A stretch of 64,000 bases of DNA from Bacteroidales bacterium (GTDB lineage: Bacteria > Bacteroidota > Bacteroidia > Bacteroidales > ML635J-15): contig JAFZLK010000106.1 of the NCBI GenBank assembly GCA_017551515.1, forward strand, positions 7,723-71,722, read 5' to 3'. Positions 62,470-64,000 of this stretch are shown in pieces. Positions within the stretch are counted from its first letter, which is position 1; the number at the start of each line of letters is the position of its first letter. The notes below the pieces were generated by a model. It searched no databases, had not been told where the DNA came from, and was given only the letters and a program-made list of their open reading frames with translations. The position numbers were made by a program, and so were the translations under genes.

Positions 62470-64000
62470 ATGTTCAAGAAAGTTCCACATACATACGTCA
62501 TTGTATTCTCAATAATAGTCATTGCGGCAATACTCACATGGATAGTTCCTGCAGGACAATTCGAACGCACTACAAAAGCCCTATCCGATGGCAGCACCAC
62601 CACTGTAATTGTCGAAAACTCATACCACGAAGTGGATGCAAGTCCACAGACCTGGCAGGTTTTCACCTCAATATTCGACGGATTCAAAAAACAGGCAGGA
62701 ATTATAGCATTCATATTGCTTGTCGGCGGAAGTTTCTGGATTTTGAACGAAAGTCGCGCATTGGCAGCAGGCATCAATTCATTTCTTCGTTTCAGCAAAC
62801 GGCTCGAAAAACGAAAATTTATACAGAAAATCGATGTAAACAATATAATAATGGTGCTGATAATGACACTTTTCAGTGCGTTTGGCGCTATTTTCGGCAT
62901 GAGCGAAGAAACTATTGCCTTTGTAATAATATTCGTCCCATTGGCAATATCAATGGGCTACGACTCTATAACAGGACTTTGCCTTGTGTATGTAGCTGCA
63001 CATTTAGGTTTTGCAGGAGCAATATTCAACCCGTTTACAATAGGAATTGCTCAGGGAATGTCGGATTTGCCGTTGTTCAGCGGTTGGGAGTACAGATTTG
63101 TGTGCTGGCTTGTGATTAACGCAGTAGGATTTACATTTATACTTTGGTACGCATCGCGCATAAAGAAAAATCCACAGAAGAGCCTCACCTACTCCATCGA
63201 CGAATACTGGCGCAATAACAACAGCAGCCATGCCGATGACATTGTTTACAATACACCCAAAGCAGCATGGGCAAGTTACATAATTGTTTCTGCTGCGGTG
63301 ATTCTATTCTCGGTATTTTACCCAATTTCACATCTCAAAGTCGGAAATGCAGAATTCGAGTTTGCCGCAATTCCGATAGTTTCGGGGCTTTTCGTTCTCA
63401 CATCGTTTTTTATGCTTCGCAAATCGGTACATTTTTACATAATAAACCTACTATTTTTCACGGTTTTCTACCTTATTGTAGGGGTCATGGGCTACGGCTG
63501 GTATGTTGAAGAAATCGGCGGACTTTTCCTCGCTATGGGCATAGCCGCAGGAATAGCAATGAACAAGTCGGCAAATGACATTGTGAAAATGTTTCTCGAC
63601 GGAGCCAAGGACATTTTCTCGGCAGCCTTTGTGGTTGGTCTTGCGGGGGGAATTATCGCCATACTCACCAACGGCAATATCATCGATACCATAATGAACA
63701 GCCTCTCGAACGGAATGCAGGACTCTGGAAAAGAAGCCTCGCTGTCAATAATGTACGGAATACAGACATTCCTAAACATAATCATCCCGTCTGGTTCGGC
63801 CAAGGCAGCACTCACAATGCCTATTATGGCGCCATTTTCCGACCTTGTAGAGATTTCAAGGCAGACAACCGTTTTAGCCTTCCAGTTTGGAGATGGCTTT
63901 ACCAACATGATTACACCTACATCGGGCGTTTTGATTGGCGCATTGGGAATGGCAAAAATTCCGTTCAACCTCTGGTTCAAGTTCATCTGGAAATTCATGC
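62470..64000 (+). CDS. YfcC / DcuC-like anaerobic carrier family membrane transporter; 3' end outside the window
   Basis: My own frame-1 translation reads MFKKVPHTYVIVFSIIVIAAILTWIVPAGQFERT... through ...IIPSGSAKAALTMPIMAPFSDL..FQFGDGFTNMITPTSG with no stop up to base 64000. It is absent from the ORF track because it has no stop in the window. Confidence 0.8.
   Translation, partial: MFKKVPHTYVIVFSIIVIAAILTWIVPAGQFERTTKALSDGSTTTVIVENSYHEVDASPQTWQVFTSIFDGFKKQAGIIAFILLVGGSFWILNESRALAAGINSFLRFSKRLEKRKFIQKIDVNNIIMVLIMTLFSAFGAIFGMSEETIAFVIIFVPLAISMGYDSITGLCLVYVAAHLGFAGAIFNPFTIGIAQGMSDLPLFSGWEYRFVCWLVINAVGFTFILWYASRIKKNPQKSLTYSIDEYWRNNNSSHADDIVYNTPKAAWASYIIVSAAVILFSVFYPISHLKVGNAEFEFAAIPIVSGLFVLTSFFMLRKSVHFYIINLLFFTVFYLIVGVMGYGWYVEEIGGLFLAMGIAAGIAMNKSANDIVKMFLDGAKDIFSAAFVVGLAGGIIAILTNGNIIDTIMNSLSNGMQDSGKEASLSIMYGIQTFLNIIIPSGSAKAALTMPIMAPFSDLVEISRQTTVLAFQFGDGFTNMITPTSGVLIGALGMAKIPFNLWFKFIWKFM

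Noticed and set aside
62442-63998. Track ORFs 62448-63119 (+), 62442-62900 (-) and 63492-63998 (-).
   Set aside because: All overlap the frame-1 YfcC-type gene, which gives a far more protein-like translation. They are treated as shadows.
1-64000. Integrase, transposase, rRNA or prophage genes that could explain the accessory blocks.
   Set aside because: No ORF in any frame showed recombinase (R..H..R..Y), DDE-transposase or phage structural signatures that I could recognise. Mobility inferences therefore rest only on repeat footprints.

Overview
The window looks like a chromosomal segment from a Bacteroidota, probably Bacteroidales-like, genome. Supporting signs are three proteins with T9SS-type C-terminal sorting domains, many lipoproteins, and TAnnTTTG -7 boxes 25-40 nt upstream of several start codons.

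Layout:
- 1-7.5 kb: housekeeping genes on the + strand (primase tail, ispE, esterase, acetyltransferase, ybjQ, a stand-alone kamE-like B12/PLP protein, rsgA, surE, lpxB).
- 7.5-13.4 kb: a minus-strand accessory block of secreted proteins and lipoproteins of unknown function. It includes a tandemly duplicated two-gene module and two proteins that share a leader peptide.
- 13.4-16.7 kb: a 700-bp ORF-free region rich in hairpins, a VapBC cassette bracketed by direct copies of a palindromic repeat, and a membrane-spanning TPR/AraC regulator.
- 16.9-24.2 kb: YkgJ, a T9SS EEP nuclease/phosphatase, an M16 peptidase and a PPIase on the minus strand, then two + strand surface proteins.
- 24.16-25.45 kb: tRNA-Ala(GGC), followed by a 1.18-kb islet that carries only a GNAT-toxin TA pair and is bounded by a 20-bp duplication of the tRNA 3' end.
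- 25.8-50.8 kb: a tightly packed, single-strand cluster of about 25 genes of the aryl-polyene / flexirubin type. It has unusual gene fusions and no dialkylresorcinol genes.
- 50.8-64 kb: cutC, a transglutaminase-like protein, a DUF5686-like outer-membrane protein, lepA, a BspA-like LRR protein, a CotH-LTD-T9SS protein, and a 3'-truncated YfcC-type transporter that the ORF track omits.

I saw no rRNA, CRISPR array, transposase or integrase. The most interesting items are the pigment/lipid cluster and its fusions, the integrase-less tRNA islet, the repeat-bracketed VapBC cassette, a 45-nt operator-like motif shared by the TPR/AraC gene and a secreted-protein gene, and families of intergenic hairpins with compensatory base changes.

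All functional calls come from motif recognition by eye. No searches were run, and the identity figures are hand counts.
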